Virus record (IMG/VR): IMGVR_UViG_3300044701_003953
Span: 124,001 to 188,000 of that record
DNA length: 64,000 nt
Reading direction: 5' to 3' (one strand)
Shown: positions 38,139 through 47,740 of the stretch, piece by piece
Position numbering within the stretch: the stretch's first letter is position 1
Layout of the letters: every line of letters begins with the position of its first letter
Translations under genes and position numbers: made by a program
The notes under the pieces: generated by a model
Told to the model about the DNA's origin: nothing
Database searches by the model: none
What the model saw: only the letters and a program-made list of their open reading frames with translations

Positions 38139-38146
38139 TATTTATA
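38139..38146 (-). promoter_or_regulatory. T4-type late promoter upstream of aceA
   Basis: Exact TATAAATA about 27 nt before the ATG. Confidence 0.7.
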
Positions 38147-38230
38147 TTGCTCTGCAATAGCAAATTTCAATGTTGGCCGTACGGGTTTTTTCCGAACCCA
38201 GGAGCAGGCCATACCAAATATAGATCAGGG

Positions 38231-38383
38231 TTACTGTTCTGCTGATTCTCGGCAGCTAGGACACCCGCATTCTGTACAGGAGTCGCAGTCGAGGCAACTG
38301 TGTCCGCAGTGTTTTGTGCATCCACAGGGGCATTTTGGCAAGAGTCGTTGGTAGGCTTCGATATCATCGATGTAATTCTCCAT
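38231..38383 (-). CDS. Metallothionein-like Cys-rich protein, 50 aa (absent from ORF track)
   Basis: MENYIDDIEAYQRLLPKCPCGCTKHCGHSCLDCDSCTECGCPSCRESAEQ: 10 Cys + 2 His; AAGGAG RBS; TAAATA at 38402-38407. Confidence 0.75.
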   Translation of the reverse strand: MENYIDDIEAYQRLLPKCPCGCTKHCGHSCLDCDSCTECGCPSCRESAEQ

Positions 38384-38423
38384 GTCCGGCTCCTTTTTGT
38401 TTATTTACCGGGACACTGGACTA

Positions 38424-38963
38424 TTACTCGACTTTACCCCAACCCGTTTTGGCACGGATGGCAAAGGCCAACTCTCGCATACGACCATATTCGGGACTGC
38501 CCTTGGGATGTGGCCCTGACTTTTTAAGTGCGTTGTAGGCTTTGACAAGTTCCGATTTGGTCTTGCCAGCATACTTGCCACGCTCTTCGGGGCCGACTTG
38601 TGTGTCTGTGCCCCATTTTTCTGCTAATGCCTTAGGGTTCTTGGCTAGAGCGATGCGATCGGCGAAAGTGACACGATCCTTGGGCGGGGCCAGTTTCGCG
38701 AGTTGTTCGCGGTCTAAGGCTTCTTGGGGTTTCTTTTCAGGGAGACCTTTATGTGGTGTCTTGGCGAAATCCTTGACATCACTTTTCTTCATGGTGCGAG
38801 CAGTTTGTTTGAGTTCCTTGCTGGCGCCTGGAATACGCTCGCCTTTTTGCATGGCATGCACCATGCCCATGTAACGCTGTTGGGCTTTGCTGACAGCACG
38901 CTCGGCCAGAGCGATTGCAGCACGCAGTTCGCGTGCCTCGTTGATGAATTCTTGGCTTTTCAT
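38424..38963 (-). CDS. DUF3008-like basic protein, candidate internal head protein
   Basis: AVSKAQQRYMGMVHAMQKG and VKDFAKTPHKGLPEKK; N-terminus MKSQEFINEA; AAGGAG RBS. Confidence 0.6.
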   Translation of the reverse strand: MKSQEFINEARELRAAIALAERAVSKAQQRYMGMVHAMQKGERIPGASKELKQTARTMKKSDVKDFAKTPHKGLPEKKPQEALDREQLAKLAPPKDRVTFADRIALAKNPKALAEKWGTDTQVGPEERGKYAGKTKSELVKAYNALKKSGPHPKGSPEYGRMRELAFAIRAKTGWGKVE

Positions 38964-38981
38964 TACGCCCTCCTTGGCGTG

Positions 38982-39416
38982 TTATTTGAGACTTGCTCTC
39001 AACATCCAGGAGTGTTTGCGGTGTGCGTCCATGCGCTCGGCCAGGAAGTTGGCAAGACCGTCTTCCCCAGCTTCAGTGGCCATGTCAAATACACGCTTAA
39101 GGATCTTGACCATCTTGTCAGAATCTTCTAGCAGTTCTTGGCACATGTCTTCAGCGGCTAGGATAGCAGTCTCGTCATCGACCATGCTGAGCATGGAGAA
39201 GCGGGTGAACGAGCCCGGGGTATAAGAATCTAGCTTGCGTATGTTTTCCGCGAACAGATCGATGCTACCGTATACTTCTTCGTAGATACCTCCAAACAGT
39301 TCGTGGAACTGTGCGAAGTGTATGCCTTCCACGTTCCAGTGGAAGTTGTGTGCTTTTAGATAAAACGCGAACTCGGATGAGAACGCGATCTTCATGGCTT
39401 TTTTAAGCTCGTCCAT
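38982..39416 (-). CDS. dps: Dps/ferritin-like protein
   Basis: KAHNFHWNVEG..F...HELF...YEE...D..AE; HRKHSWML. Confidence 0.93.
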   Translation of the reverse strand: MDELKKAMKIAFSSEFAFYLKAHNFHWNVEGIHFAQFHELFGGIYEEVYGSIDLFAENIRKLDSYTPGSFTRFSMLSMVDDETAILAAEDMCQELLEDSDKMVKILKRVFDMATEAGEDGLANFLAERMDAHRKHSWMLRASLK

Positions 39417-39428
39417 AGTAATCAGTCC

Positions 39429-40217
39429 TTAGATGTCGTAGCCGGATTCTTTCATCTCGGCCAAGTATTTACTGACCTCTTCAGCTGTGACACTACGGCT
39501 TTCGTTGGATCGTACTGACCAGTCTACTTTGATGTCTTTGACAGTCTTGCCTTGTTTGGCGAAATGCTGTTTGATCATGTCTGTGTAGCCTTCGTCACTG
39601 CGAAGTCTCACTGTGACTTTGCTACCATCGTCGAAAGTGACTTCGGCTTCATGATGTTCACCGGGGCGCAGGCTTTCGTTGGTTTCGATGTCACCCTCGC
39701 TATATTCGTCTACGATTTTATCCCAAAGTATCTCGATCATCTTGTCGTGGTCGTTGATGACATCCGTCATGCCTTTTGCGGCCAACTCGTCTTTGAGTTC
39801 TTCCATCATGTTTTGTAGGACATCTGCTGTACCTGGTCCTAAGTCACCTTCGAGAGCAGCGATCAGATCTTCTTCATCACCGCGTGTAGCCAAGGCATGT
39901 AGATCGATATCGATTTCGCTCATAAAGCCTTCCGCTACACCTTGCTCTGCGCTTTCCCTTGGGCCCATGCTCTGTAGTGTGCGTTCCACTTGTTTGACCC
40001 ATCCGCTGACGTCGGAGGTGCCGATCTCTTCAGTGTCACCCACGAAGTCTGCTACGTCGTCGATGGCAGCGATCACTTTGTCGACGCCATAGGTCTTGAT
40101 GAGGTCAAGGTGTTGACCCATGATGCGACGTGCTACAGCACCGGCTACAGCATCACGGTCTTCCTTGACCACTACTCGAGTCTTGAGTCTGAATGGTCCA
40201 AATTCATCTAAAAGCAT
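39429..40217 (-). CDS. Acidic hypothetical protein, candidate internal head protein
   Basis: Modular, segments bounded by VKE/VAEG/TNES/SNES-like motifs. Confidence 0.6.
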   Translation of the reverse strand: MLLDEFGPFRLKTRVVVKEDRDAVAGAVARRIMGQHLDLIKTYGVDKVIAAIDDVADFVGDTEEIGTSDVSGWVKQVERTLQSMGPRESAEQGVAEGFMSEIDIDLHALATRGDEEDLIAALEGDLGPGTADVLQNMMEELKDELAAKGMTDVINDHDKMIEILWDKIVDEYSEGDIETNESLRPGEHHEAEVTFDDGSKVTVRLRSDEGYTDMIKQHFAKQGKTVKDIKVDWSVRSNESRSVTAEEVSKYLAEMKESGYDI

Positions 40218-40219
40218 TT

Positions 40220-40564
40220 TTATTGTCCTGTCTTCTGTTGTGCTTTTTGTAGTGTATTCTTGATCTGTGGAGCAAGGGTAGGATCGGCTAATGCTTTTTC
40301 TACCGCCCCAGCGATACCTGCGGCATTGGCGGGATCTTCAGCATCTTTGTTGGGATCGATTTCGACACCAGCTCCTTTGAGTTGGTTGAGATTTTGTTTG
40401 AGTTTCTGTGCTTGCTGTGCAGCCTGCGCGGGATCAGAAGTCGTAGTTTGAGCATTGTCTGCTCCAAACTCACGCACACGCTTGATGGGTTTCTTGAATA
40501 AAGGTGTGGCTACTGTAGCGATAGCGCCGGAAGTTGTTTCTTTGATGATGTCGGTGATTTTCAT
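40220..40564 (-). CDS. Hypothetical protein, candidate internal head protein
   Basis: Probable start MKITDIIKET at 40564. Confidence 0.6.
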   Translation of the reverse strand: MKITDIIKETTSGAIATVATPLFKKPIKRVREFGADNAQTTTSDPAQAAQQAQKLKQNLNQLKGAGVEIDPNKDAEDPANAAGIAGAVEKALADPTLAPQIKNTLQKAQQKTGQ

Positions 40565-40586
40565 AACAATATTTATAATCCCAGAA

Positions 40587-40892
40587 TTAAATAGAAAACT
40601 CGAAATTTGCTGGTTGATCATTGATACGCACATTACTGATTCTCAGCATATCTCGTGGATCATTAAGTTTTTCTACCTTTAAGCGATGCGCCCCTGGCCC
40701 CAGCTTTACTGTGATCAGTTCTTCAACATAAGTGTCTTCGTGTTGCCAGACATAGGTACGTTCAGTCAAAAGATCCGAGTCCACATATATGCGATAGGCA
40801 GGTCGATACACATAAGCACCAGTTAACCCATGGGGTATATCTTCGCCGGACCAGCGTACATCAATACGTATCTCTATCTGCCGGTCATTCAT
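40587..40892 (-). CDS. Hypothetical beta-rich protein
   Basis: 101-aa ORF overlapping upstream stop. Confidence 0.6.
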   Translation of the reverse strand: MNDRQIEIRIDVRWSGEDIPHGLTGAYVYRPAYRIYVDSDLLTERTYVWQHEDTYVEELITVKLGPGAHRLKVEKLNDPRDMLRISNVRINDQPANFEFSI

Positions 40893-42222
40893 CGCTGAAA
40901 ATCCCTGGTGGGATTCCTCGTGCTCCTACTCCGCCTTTTTTCCTAAGAGCGGATAGGTCTCTGTAAGCCTTTAGCAAAGCATCGAGCATGACGGGCATCG
41001 GAGATTTCTGTAACAGATATTGTGCCTGACGAACTTGGTCGGCATCCATGCTAGACATCCTGTCTGACAGATCTTTAAAGTTATTTGCCAGTTTTTTATG
41101 TAATGTCGCGATAGTCAGGCGTCCGTACCCGGGTATCAATACTTCACTGTCGGACATTGGATTTGTGGGATCCTTAGCGTATAAACTTTCGATAAGGTTG
41201 AACGCTTTCATCATCTTTTTCAATGTATTTGTTTTTACATCAACAGTCATCGAAGTGCTGTATCTTGGATCGCGGGCCATCTTTTTATTTGATGCTACGA
41301 CACCGACTCCGGCCGCATCTTCATTAGAATGACGTCGATTTAGCCAATCTTTTTCTTGGTGGGCATCTCGACCGTTTCTTCCTAATATCCTGCTGGCATT
41401 CCGGTCCCCGCGAGCTATGGCCCGGATTTCTTGATCTATCTCGCCCTTTACTGAGTCTTTGCTGATATTTTGAATATTTTTCGCTGTGCGTAACGCGATT
41501 AATGCATCACGTGCTGTACCGGCATCAGTGGTGGCACAGCCCGGAGTTCCTGCGACGCATGCGGCCACTGCCGCGGCACCGAGAGCTTGCTTCCATCCTT
41601 CGGTAACGACCAGTTTCTGGTCCATGATGTGCTTTGCTTCTTCACTATAGCGTCCAAACAAGTCGGCGATTATCTGCTTACGAGTCGCAGGGTCGGCATC
41701 TTTGTACTGCTGTCGCACTTCTGTTGCTGACCGCATAGGCGCCCCAAGAACGGTGAAGTCCACCGTAGGTACCGTTAGGATATAGCCCGTCTTGTCGAAT
41801 GTATCGGCATCTTTTAGATCTGCGGGCAGAGGCTGGAAATATGTTGGGCTACCGTCTTTTTTAGTTCCCATACGGAAACGAGGATCTTCGGCCATGTCTT
41901 TTTCGCTGACCGCGAAGATCAATATAGTCGATTCTGCTGGATAATTTGCTGTTAGCTCAGGGACCTTGTAGGGTTCACGGCTTTCGATCACACGATCCAT
42001 TGGCACCCCTGTGAGCGCCATGAACACGGATTTGTCTGAAAAGTTGAAAGGACTCTTGGGGGGATCTACTTTGTTGCTGGTAGCGATGTAGACGCGATCT
42101 CGGCCAAATTTCTTGACGAGATAGTCATACACCGCTTTATGCCCTTTGTGGAAGGGTTGGAAGCGTCCGGGGTAGACTACGACAAGATTTTGCGTGTCTT
42201 CAAATAAATCAGCAACAAACAT
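40885..42222 (-). CDS. HxGH nucleotidyltransferase (cytidyltransferase-like) with extra C-terminal modules
   Basis: YPGRFQPFHKGH, MRSATEVR; ATAAATA at 42244-42250. Confidence 0.8.
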   Translation of the reverse strand: MFVADLFEDTQNLVVVYPGRFQPFHKGHKAVYDYLVKKFGRDRVYIATSNKVDPPKSPFNFSDKSVFMALTGVPMDRVIESREPYKVPELTANYPAESTILIFAVSEKDMAEDPRFRMGTKKDGSPTYFQPLPADLKDADTFDKTGYILTVPTVDFTVLGAPMRSATEVRQQYKDADPATRKQIIADLFGRYSEEAKHIMDQKLVVTEGWKQALGAAAVAACVAGTPGCATTDAGTARDALIALRTAKNIQNISKDSVKGEIDQEIRAIARGDRNASRILGRNGRDAHQEKDWLNRRHSNEDAAGVGVVASNKKMARDPRYSTSMTVDVKTNTLKKMMKAFNLIESLYAKDPTNPMSDSEVLIPGYGRLTIATLHKKLANNFKDLSDRMSSMDADQVRQAQYLLQKSPMPVMLDALLKAYRDLSALRKKGGVGARGIPPGIFSDE

Positions 42223-42252
42223 GTGGATTCCATTTCGTTGCTGTATTTATGG

Positions 42253-42765
42253 TTAGAGATTCTCTAGCAACCAGATATAAAAAGGGCTACCGAACTTGAT
42301 ATCGTACGATCCGTTCCATCCCATATGCCGTATACCGGGTATTTCTGTGACTCCGGATTCACCTTTGTAAGTGACTGGCTGATCGAGTTTGTAGATGCCA
42401 TATCTTGCTTCGTCACCGTAATCTGCACCAATTGGAATATCAACGGTATCTATTTCAAGATTTTCAACGACTAATAACATGTCTTTGGCTATAGACATAT
42501 TTTCTTCGGTGTAGTCATCGGCTTTAACTGTTTGATCGGGAGTTTTATTTAAAAAACGTATCGATAAAATATGATCAGTTGATTCCCGGAATTCTTTTGC
42601 AAATTCGTGATATTCAACTTCCCCACTGGGCGCAGTTATTTCTGATTCCTTGATAACTTCACCGTTAACGAGTATCTGGAAGAGTGGCTTTTTATCCCAG
42701 TATATACCCGATAAACCTATTTTTATTAAAAGTTTTTCTGAAAATTCTTTTGACATTTTTCTCAA
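42253..42765 (-). CDS. Hypothetical protein
   Basis: 170-aa ORF, GMGWNG/GWNG-type C-terminus. Confidence 0.65.
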   Translation of the reverse strand: MRKMSKEFSEKLLIKIGLSGIYWDKKPLFQILVNGEVIKESEITAPSGEVEYHEFAKEFRESTDHILSIRFLNKTPDQTVKADDYTEENMSIAKDMLLVVENLEIDTVDIPIGADYGDEARYGIYKLDQPVTYKGESGVTEIPGIRHMGWNGSYDIKFGSPFYIWLLENL

Positions 42766-43583
42766 TCCTTGGTATTTTGCTGCGACATAGTCATGGCTAG
42801 TGCTGCCGGTAAAGATACGTTATCGGGGTTCTGAGACGCATCAATTTTTTGGAATTTAGGCATCTGGTCGAGATTTCCGGCGAATTCGTGATGCCCGATA
42901 TGATTCAACAACACTTTTCCGTGTGCCCATATTTCTCCACCTAGGGCTTGCCAACGACGACAAAAAGTCCAATCCTCACTGAGATAGTGTCCTTTTTCGT
43001 CGATGATAGTATCGAAGATAGAATACATGTAAGGCTCGTACTGTTTGCCCAGATTCACATCGTCAACGTATTTACATTCGGGGTGTGCGGAGCAAAGTTT
43101 TTCATAAACATGACGTTTGAATAGCAAGAACCCGGTGCCGGCGGTATCTACAGTAAACATATCTCCGGATACTTTAGTGGTCTCGGCAAGATTGATCACA
43201 TAGTTGGACGGAAGACTTTTCTTGGGATATAATCCTGCGACGACGTCGCGATCCTGTATTATCATCTGGAATATCGACTCGGGCTGGAATCTGATATCGG
43301 CGTCAATGAACATGAAATGGGTCGCTTCTGTGTTGGACATCATTTTCGCCATGAGATTGTTCCGGGCTCTCGTGACCAGACTCTCATTAACCATAGTATC
43401 AAGACTCCATCGCATGCCGATGTTCTGGGCGAACAACACAAATTTCAAAAAACTTGTGAATGTGGGTTCGCTAATTTGCCCACCATAGCACGGTATTCCA
43501 ACATGGAGATTTATTTTTGAAAAATCAAAGTTGGGGGTATTGGGCACAGCCGCAGGTTTGCTAGATTTACTCTTTTTAGACAT
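42762..43583 (-). CDS. GT-A-fold glycosyltransferase-like protein
   Basis: VGIPCYGG, SLVTRARN, FMFIDADI (DxD), AGTGFLL, LSEDWTFC. Confidence 0.75.
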   Translation of the reverse strand: MSKKSKSSKPAAVPNTPNFDFSKINLHVGIPCYGGQISEPTFTSFLKFVLFAQNIGMRWSLDTMVNESLVTRARNNLMAKMMSNTEATHFMFIDADIRFQPESIFQMIIQDRDVVAGLYPKKSLPSNYVINLAETTKVSGDMFTVDTAGTGFLLFKRHVYEKLCSAHPECKYVDDVNLGKQYEPYMYSIFDTIIDEKGHYLSEDWTFCRRWQALGGEIWAHGKVLLNHIGHHEFAGNLDQMPKFQKIDASQNPDNVSLPAALAMTMSQQNTKD

Positions 43584-43600
43584 TCGGTGACTTTGGGGTA

Positions 43601-43765
43601 TTAAGCGATTTGTAGTTCGACCAATGATCTTTCACCGGCGAGCTCTTGGACCACTTGTTCCAAGCTCCTTAGATCTGGGTTGCCCAATAAAGGATGCTCT
43701 TCTTCGGTGTCTTTGAGTAGTCGGCTGATTTTAATCACCAACACTTGTTCTTGGAGTTTTGCCAT
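43601..43765 (-). CDS. Hypothetical 54-aa protein (absent from ORF track)
   Basis: MAKLQEQVLVIKISRLLKD...ELQIA; AAGGA RBS; ATAAATA at 43790-43796. Confidence 0.7.
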   Translation of the reverse strand: MAKLQEQVLVIKISRLLKDTEEEHPLLGNPDLRSLEQVVQELAGERSLVELQIA

Positions 43766-43792
43766 TTTGCGTTCCTTGAATAATAGTAGTAT

Positions 43793-44539
43793 TTATTCTA
43801 CCGTCACGATCTCGTGGACATTTGTGATTATGCCCGGGCTGATCAACTCAACGAATGTGTTTATCGAAATATCGTTGGTGTAATAATATACTCCCCAAAA
43901 TGAAGAGTAAGACGAAGACAGCATTTTCCTTGGTGCCGCGGGCAGGCTGACAAGGTCCTCCATCGAAAGCAGGTAATTCAATAAGCTAGATTTCGATGCG
44001 GTATCTAATCTACCATCTCGTAACAATACTTTATAACGGTATTGGTTCCTTCGTGATTTCCTGAGTATCTTGTTTTCTTGTAACATCGGGATATGTTCAG
44101 GGCGTGGCACGCTGATAGAAAACACTCGCGACTGATCGACAGCAGTAAAATGCTCGATCACTTTTTTCAATGAGGTTTCATCCTCTGCGTAGACTTGTAT
44201 GTACGGTTCTTCGACCCTTAACTTGATAGTGTCATCTTTGAGCAGATCCTTGAACACTTCAAGCTGTGCGAGACTAGATTGGTCGAGCGATTTATTGTTA
44301 CGATATATCCAGCTACCGCCATGGTTCCTATGTACCACTCGTGTGTTTATAGATGATGATATATCCTCGTCGTGGATGGCCCTGCCGCCGGGGCAAAACA
44401 CCCTCATGCGGCACAGATATTTTTTAAAAAATATTTTCCGTGTCTCTTCGAAGACGACGACGGAGTTAAGATTGATCCAGTACAATATATCCATTGTTGT
44501 CCACGGCTGGTTGTAGTTTATAGTCGCCTTTAACATCAA
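43793..44539 (-). CDS. Hypothetical phage protein
   Basis: Long ORF following clpA; true start probably downstream of 44539. Confidence 0.65.
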   Translation of the reverse strand: MMLKATINYNQPWTTMDILYWINLNSVVVFEETRKIFFKKYLCRMRVFCPGGRAIHDEDISSSINTRVVHRNHGGSWIYRNNKSLDQSSLAQLEVFKDLLKDDTIKLRVEEPYIQVYAEDETSLKKVIEHFTAVDQSRVFSISVPRPEHIPMLQENKILRKSRRNQYRYKVLLRDGRLDTASKSSLLNYLLSMEDLVSLPAAPRKMLSSSYSSFWGVYYYTNDISINTFVELISPGIITNVHEIVTVE

Positions 44540-46751
44540 AGACTACTTCATGATCGACGACACTAACTACTACTGTTGATCCCGGCGATAGCTTTTCAAA
44601 CAAGATCTTCTTGCTAAGTGGGACCTTCACCATTTCGTTGATTTTGCGAGCTAACGGACGAGCACCCAACTTGGGATCATACCCAACCTCTGCGAAATAA
44701 TTAACCGCGGTCTCTGTGAAATGCACACGCAGATTCTTATCACTGAGCAGTTCATTCATTTCCGACATGAGCTTGATCACGATCTTCTTCATGCTGAGAT
44801 GATCCAATTTGCCGAATTTACAGATGCCGTCGAGTCGATTGCGGAACTCTGGCTTGAAAAAGTCTTTGACTGCTTTATCATCTTCGCCGACTTTCTGGAA
44901 ATTCCTACCTATACCGATGGCATTCTTTTCTGAGTCTGCGGCACCCAGGTTGGAAGTCAATATCACGATAGTGTTGCGGCAATCGGCTTTCTTACCATTG
45001 CTGGAAGTGATCATACCCTCATCCATGAGGTTCAGTAAGACATTAGTGACATCGGGGTGTGCTTTTTCGATCTCATCAAACAGGATAACAGAGTTAGGAT
45101 TCTTCTCTACATCGCTGATCAAGAGTCCGCCACCGAGATTACTATCGTCGTAGCCTACATAGCCCGGGGGAGCACCAATCAGCTTAGATGCCGAATGCTT
45201 CTCTTGATATTCGCTCATGTCATAGCGTAATAATTTCATGCCCAAGTTATCAGCCAGGGCTTTCGCTAGTTCTGTCTTACCTGTGCCAGTGGGGCCGATA
45301 AACAGGAAATTGCCAATTGGTTTGTTGATAGCCTTGAGTCCGGCTTTGCTGACATAGATCTTTTCCAATACTTGGTCAACCACCGAATCTTGTCCAAATA
45401 CACGATCTTTAATACGATTTTCAAAATCATCGACGTCCTTGATCTCGTCGCTATCTCCGATCTGATCTGCAGGAATCTTGGTAAACTTGCTGATGGCTTC
45501 TACGATCTGGCTCTTGCCCACGATCCAATCATTGAGATGTATCTTGGATTTGGCGCAGGCTGTGTCAATAAGATCGATAGCCTTGTCTGGTAGTTTCTTG
45601 TCAGTCTGGTATCTCACGCTGAGATCTACAGCGGCATCGATAGCTTCGTCGGTAATCTTACCTCCGTGAAATTCTTCAAAGTAATTACGCAATCCTCGTA
45701 ATATGTCTTTGGCCACAACCGGACTTGGCTCCTCGATCGCCAACCTATGGAATCTGCGCATAAGAGCTCGATCTTTCTCGAAACTCTGTGTGAATTCTTC
45801 CCAGGTAGTAGATGCGATTACTTTGATGTGACCTTTGCTTAGGGCCGGCTTAATCATGTTAGCAAAGTCTACGCTGGAGTTAGATCCCGAACCGGCACCT
45901 CTCATCTGATGCGCTTCGTCAATGAATAGTATGCACTTACCGATAGCATGTAAAGCCGCGATTACTTCTTTGAGTTTTTCTTCGAATTCGCCACGATATT
46001 TGCTGCCGGCTAGTAGTCCGCCGATGTCGAGATTGTAAACAGTGAAGTCTTTGAGATAATCAGGCACTTCACCGTTGATGATGTTTAATGCTAACCCTTC
46101 GGCTATCGCGGTTTTGCCTACACCAGGATCGCCCACCATCAAGACATTGCTCTTGTTGCGCTTGGCTAGGATTTGTGTAATTTCGGCTATCTCGACTTCG
46201 CGACCAATCACGGGATCGATCTTGCCTTTTTCTGCCATCTCATTGAGATTGTCACAGAACTCCTTTAGTATTTCTGCTGCCTTGGCCTTGTTTGATGCCC
46301 CGGCTTCTTTTCGTTTGTCTTGCCAATTTTCGTTGTAATAGTCGACTAATCCGCTGCGGTCGATGCCGTACTTCATCAGAAAATAAGTAGCATGGCTGTT
46401 GCCTTCTTGCCATATGCTCAACACCAAATCGATGACTTGTATATGAGTGCGTCCCGAGAATAACACCTGAGTGAATGCTCGATTAAACACACGCTCGAGC
46501 GCATGTGTTTTTTTAGGAACATCGTCTTTGTCTGCCGAAGCTAGATGCTCTTGTGTTGTCAAGTACATCAACAACTCGTTGGACATGCCCTCGACGTTTA
46601 CACCATAATTGTTTAGAAATTCATTAAAAGGTTTATAGGTCAAAAGACCCTGTAATAGATGCTCTACAGTCACGTATTTGTGTCGTAGTTGGCGTGCTGC
46701 TGTAGTGGCATATTCTACGATCATTTCTATTTCAGGATTGGGTTGTATCAT
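44466..46751 (-). CDS. clpA: ClpA-like Clp ATPase (Hsp100)
   Basis: Clp-N domain, GDPGVGKT, FIDEAH, GPTGTGKT, LFDEIEKAHPDV, FKPEFRNRLD, GARPL. Confidence 0.93.
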   Translation of the reverse strand: MIQPNPEIEMIVEYATTAARQLRHKYVTVEHLLQGLLTYKPFNEFLNNYGVNVEGMSNELLMYLTTQEHLASADKDDVPKKTHALERVFNRAFTQVLFSGRTHIQVIDLVLSIWQEGNSHATYFLMKYGIDRSGLVDYYNENWQDKRKEAGASNKAKAAEILKEFCDNLNEMAEKGKIDPVIGREVEIAEITQILAKRNKSNVLMVGDPGVGKTAIAEGLALNIINGEVPDYLKDFTVYNLDIGGLLAGSKYRGEFEEKLKEVIAALHAIGKCILFIDEAHQMRGAGSGSNSSVDFANMIKPALSKGHIKVIASTTWEEFTQSFEKDRALMRRFHRLAIEEPSPVVAKDILRGLRNYFEEFHGGKITDEAIDAAVDLSVRYQTDKKLPDKAIDLIDTACAKSKIHLNDWIVGKSQIVEAISKFTKIPADQIGDSDEIKDVDDFENRIKDRVFGQDSVVDQVLEKIYVSKAGLKAINKPIGNFLFIGPTGTGKTELAKALADNLGMKLLRYDMSEYQEKHSASKLIGAPPGYVGYDDSNLGGGLLISDVEKNPNSVILFDEIEKAHPDVTNVLLNLMDEGMITSSNGKKADCRNTIVILTSNLGAADSEKNAIGIGRNFQKVGEDDKAVKDFFKPEFRNRLDGICKFGKLDHLSMKKIVIKLMSEMNELLSDKNLRVHFTETAVNYFAEVGYDPKLGARPLARKINEMVKVPLSKKILFEKLSPGSTVVVSVVDHEVVFDVKGDYKLQPAVDNNGYIVLDQS

Positions 46752-46833
46752 TGGGTTCCTATTCCGTTGAAAATTTAAGATAGCGTTGATTGATTTTACG
46801 ACAAATCAAAAAAATACACAACCTTTGTGATAT

Positions 46834-47682
46834 TTATTGACCTTTTTTGAGTTCTTCTAACAATTCTTTCCGGTGGTGATCGGTCTCTTTGGGAATATAG
46901 ACTTCGACTTCAACTAAGAGATTCCCCCGCGCCCCATTAGTTGAGTATAGTCCTTGATCTTTGATCCTTAATTTAGTTCCGTATTGTGTGCCCGGTGGCA
47001 CTGTTAATAAAAAAGTCTTGTTTTCGAGATTGGTTATTTCTCTCTGTGTGCCCAGGATCGCATCGTAGGCTGATATTTTAAGCGAGCAAACGATGTCTGA
47101 GTGATGTACTCGGAACCTTGGGTGCGGAATTAGGCGCACCAATACATAGAGATCTCCGCGCGGCAAGGTACTAAAAAAGTTGTCGCCTAACCCGGGATAT
47201 TTGATCATTGATCCGTCTTCGACACCGCGGGGGATATTGATGTTGATTGTTTCTCGGTAACCATTGGTAGTTTGTATCTGTATGGTTTTTCCGACGGGAT
47301 TTAAAGTTTCCTCAAGACCCAATCCCATTTCTATCCTGATGTCTTTGTTGCGCCGCGGCTGACGCATGCGTTCAAAGGGATCTTCAGAACGATTCCGGAA
47401 CCCGAAGTTAAATTGAGTGAATATGTCGTCGAGATCGGGCATACCGTCGGTGTCTTGATTCCAACGAAATTGCGGACCGCCGCCAAAACCTTTTCTTTCG
47501 AGATCGTATCGTTGTCGAGATTCGGGATTACTAAGCACACGATATGCTTCTTCGATACGCTGGAACTCATCCGTATTACCACCTTTATCGGGGTGATGTT
47601 TGGACGCTAGGCGGCGATAGGCTTTTTTAATCTCTTCGGGCGTAGCCGTTTCGGTTACTTTAAGGGTGTCGTAGTGAGACAT
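46834..47682 (-). CDS. dnaJ: DnaJ/CbpA-type co-chaperone (no Zn finger)
   Basis: J-domain with HPD, G/F linker, C-terminal GDLYV and PGTQ motifs. Confidence 0.9.
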   Translation of the reverse strand: MSHYDTLKVTETATPEEIKKAYRRLASKHHPDKGGNTDEFQRIEEAYRVLSNPESRQRYDLERKGFGGGPQFRWNQDTDGMPDLDDIFTQFNFGFRNRSEDPFERMRQPRRNKDIRIEMGLGLEETLNPVGKTIQIQTTNGYRETININIPRGVEDGSMIKYPGLGDNFFSTLPRGDLYVLVRLIPHPRFRVHHSDIVCSLKISAYDAILGTQREITNLENKTFLLTVPPGTQYGTKLRIKDQGLYSTNGARGNLLVEVEVYIPKETDHHRKELLEELKKGQ

Positions 47683-47705
47683 CCATGTATTTTATGACAA
47701 AAGAT

Positions 47706-47731
47706 GTGCGGAAGTCAACAAACTTCCGCAC
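47706..47731. terminator. 10-bp hairpin after the holin, overlapping the -35 of a dnaJ promoter
   Basis: GTGCGGAAGT-CAACAA-ACTTCCGCAC; minus-strand TTGACT-18-TAAAAT (47689-47718). Confidence 0.6.
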
Positions 47732-47740
47732 GATCTTGAT

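Noticed and set aside
38167-38367. 66-aa ORF from the ORF track
   Set aside because: Lacks a well-placed SD; the overlapping Cys-rich frame (38231-38383) has the SD and promoter motif and is the better gene
47706-47731. CIRCE heat-shock operator upstream of dnaJ
   Set aside because: The inverted repeat does not match TTAGCACTC-N9-GAGTGCTAA
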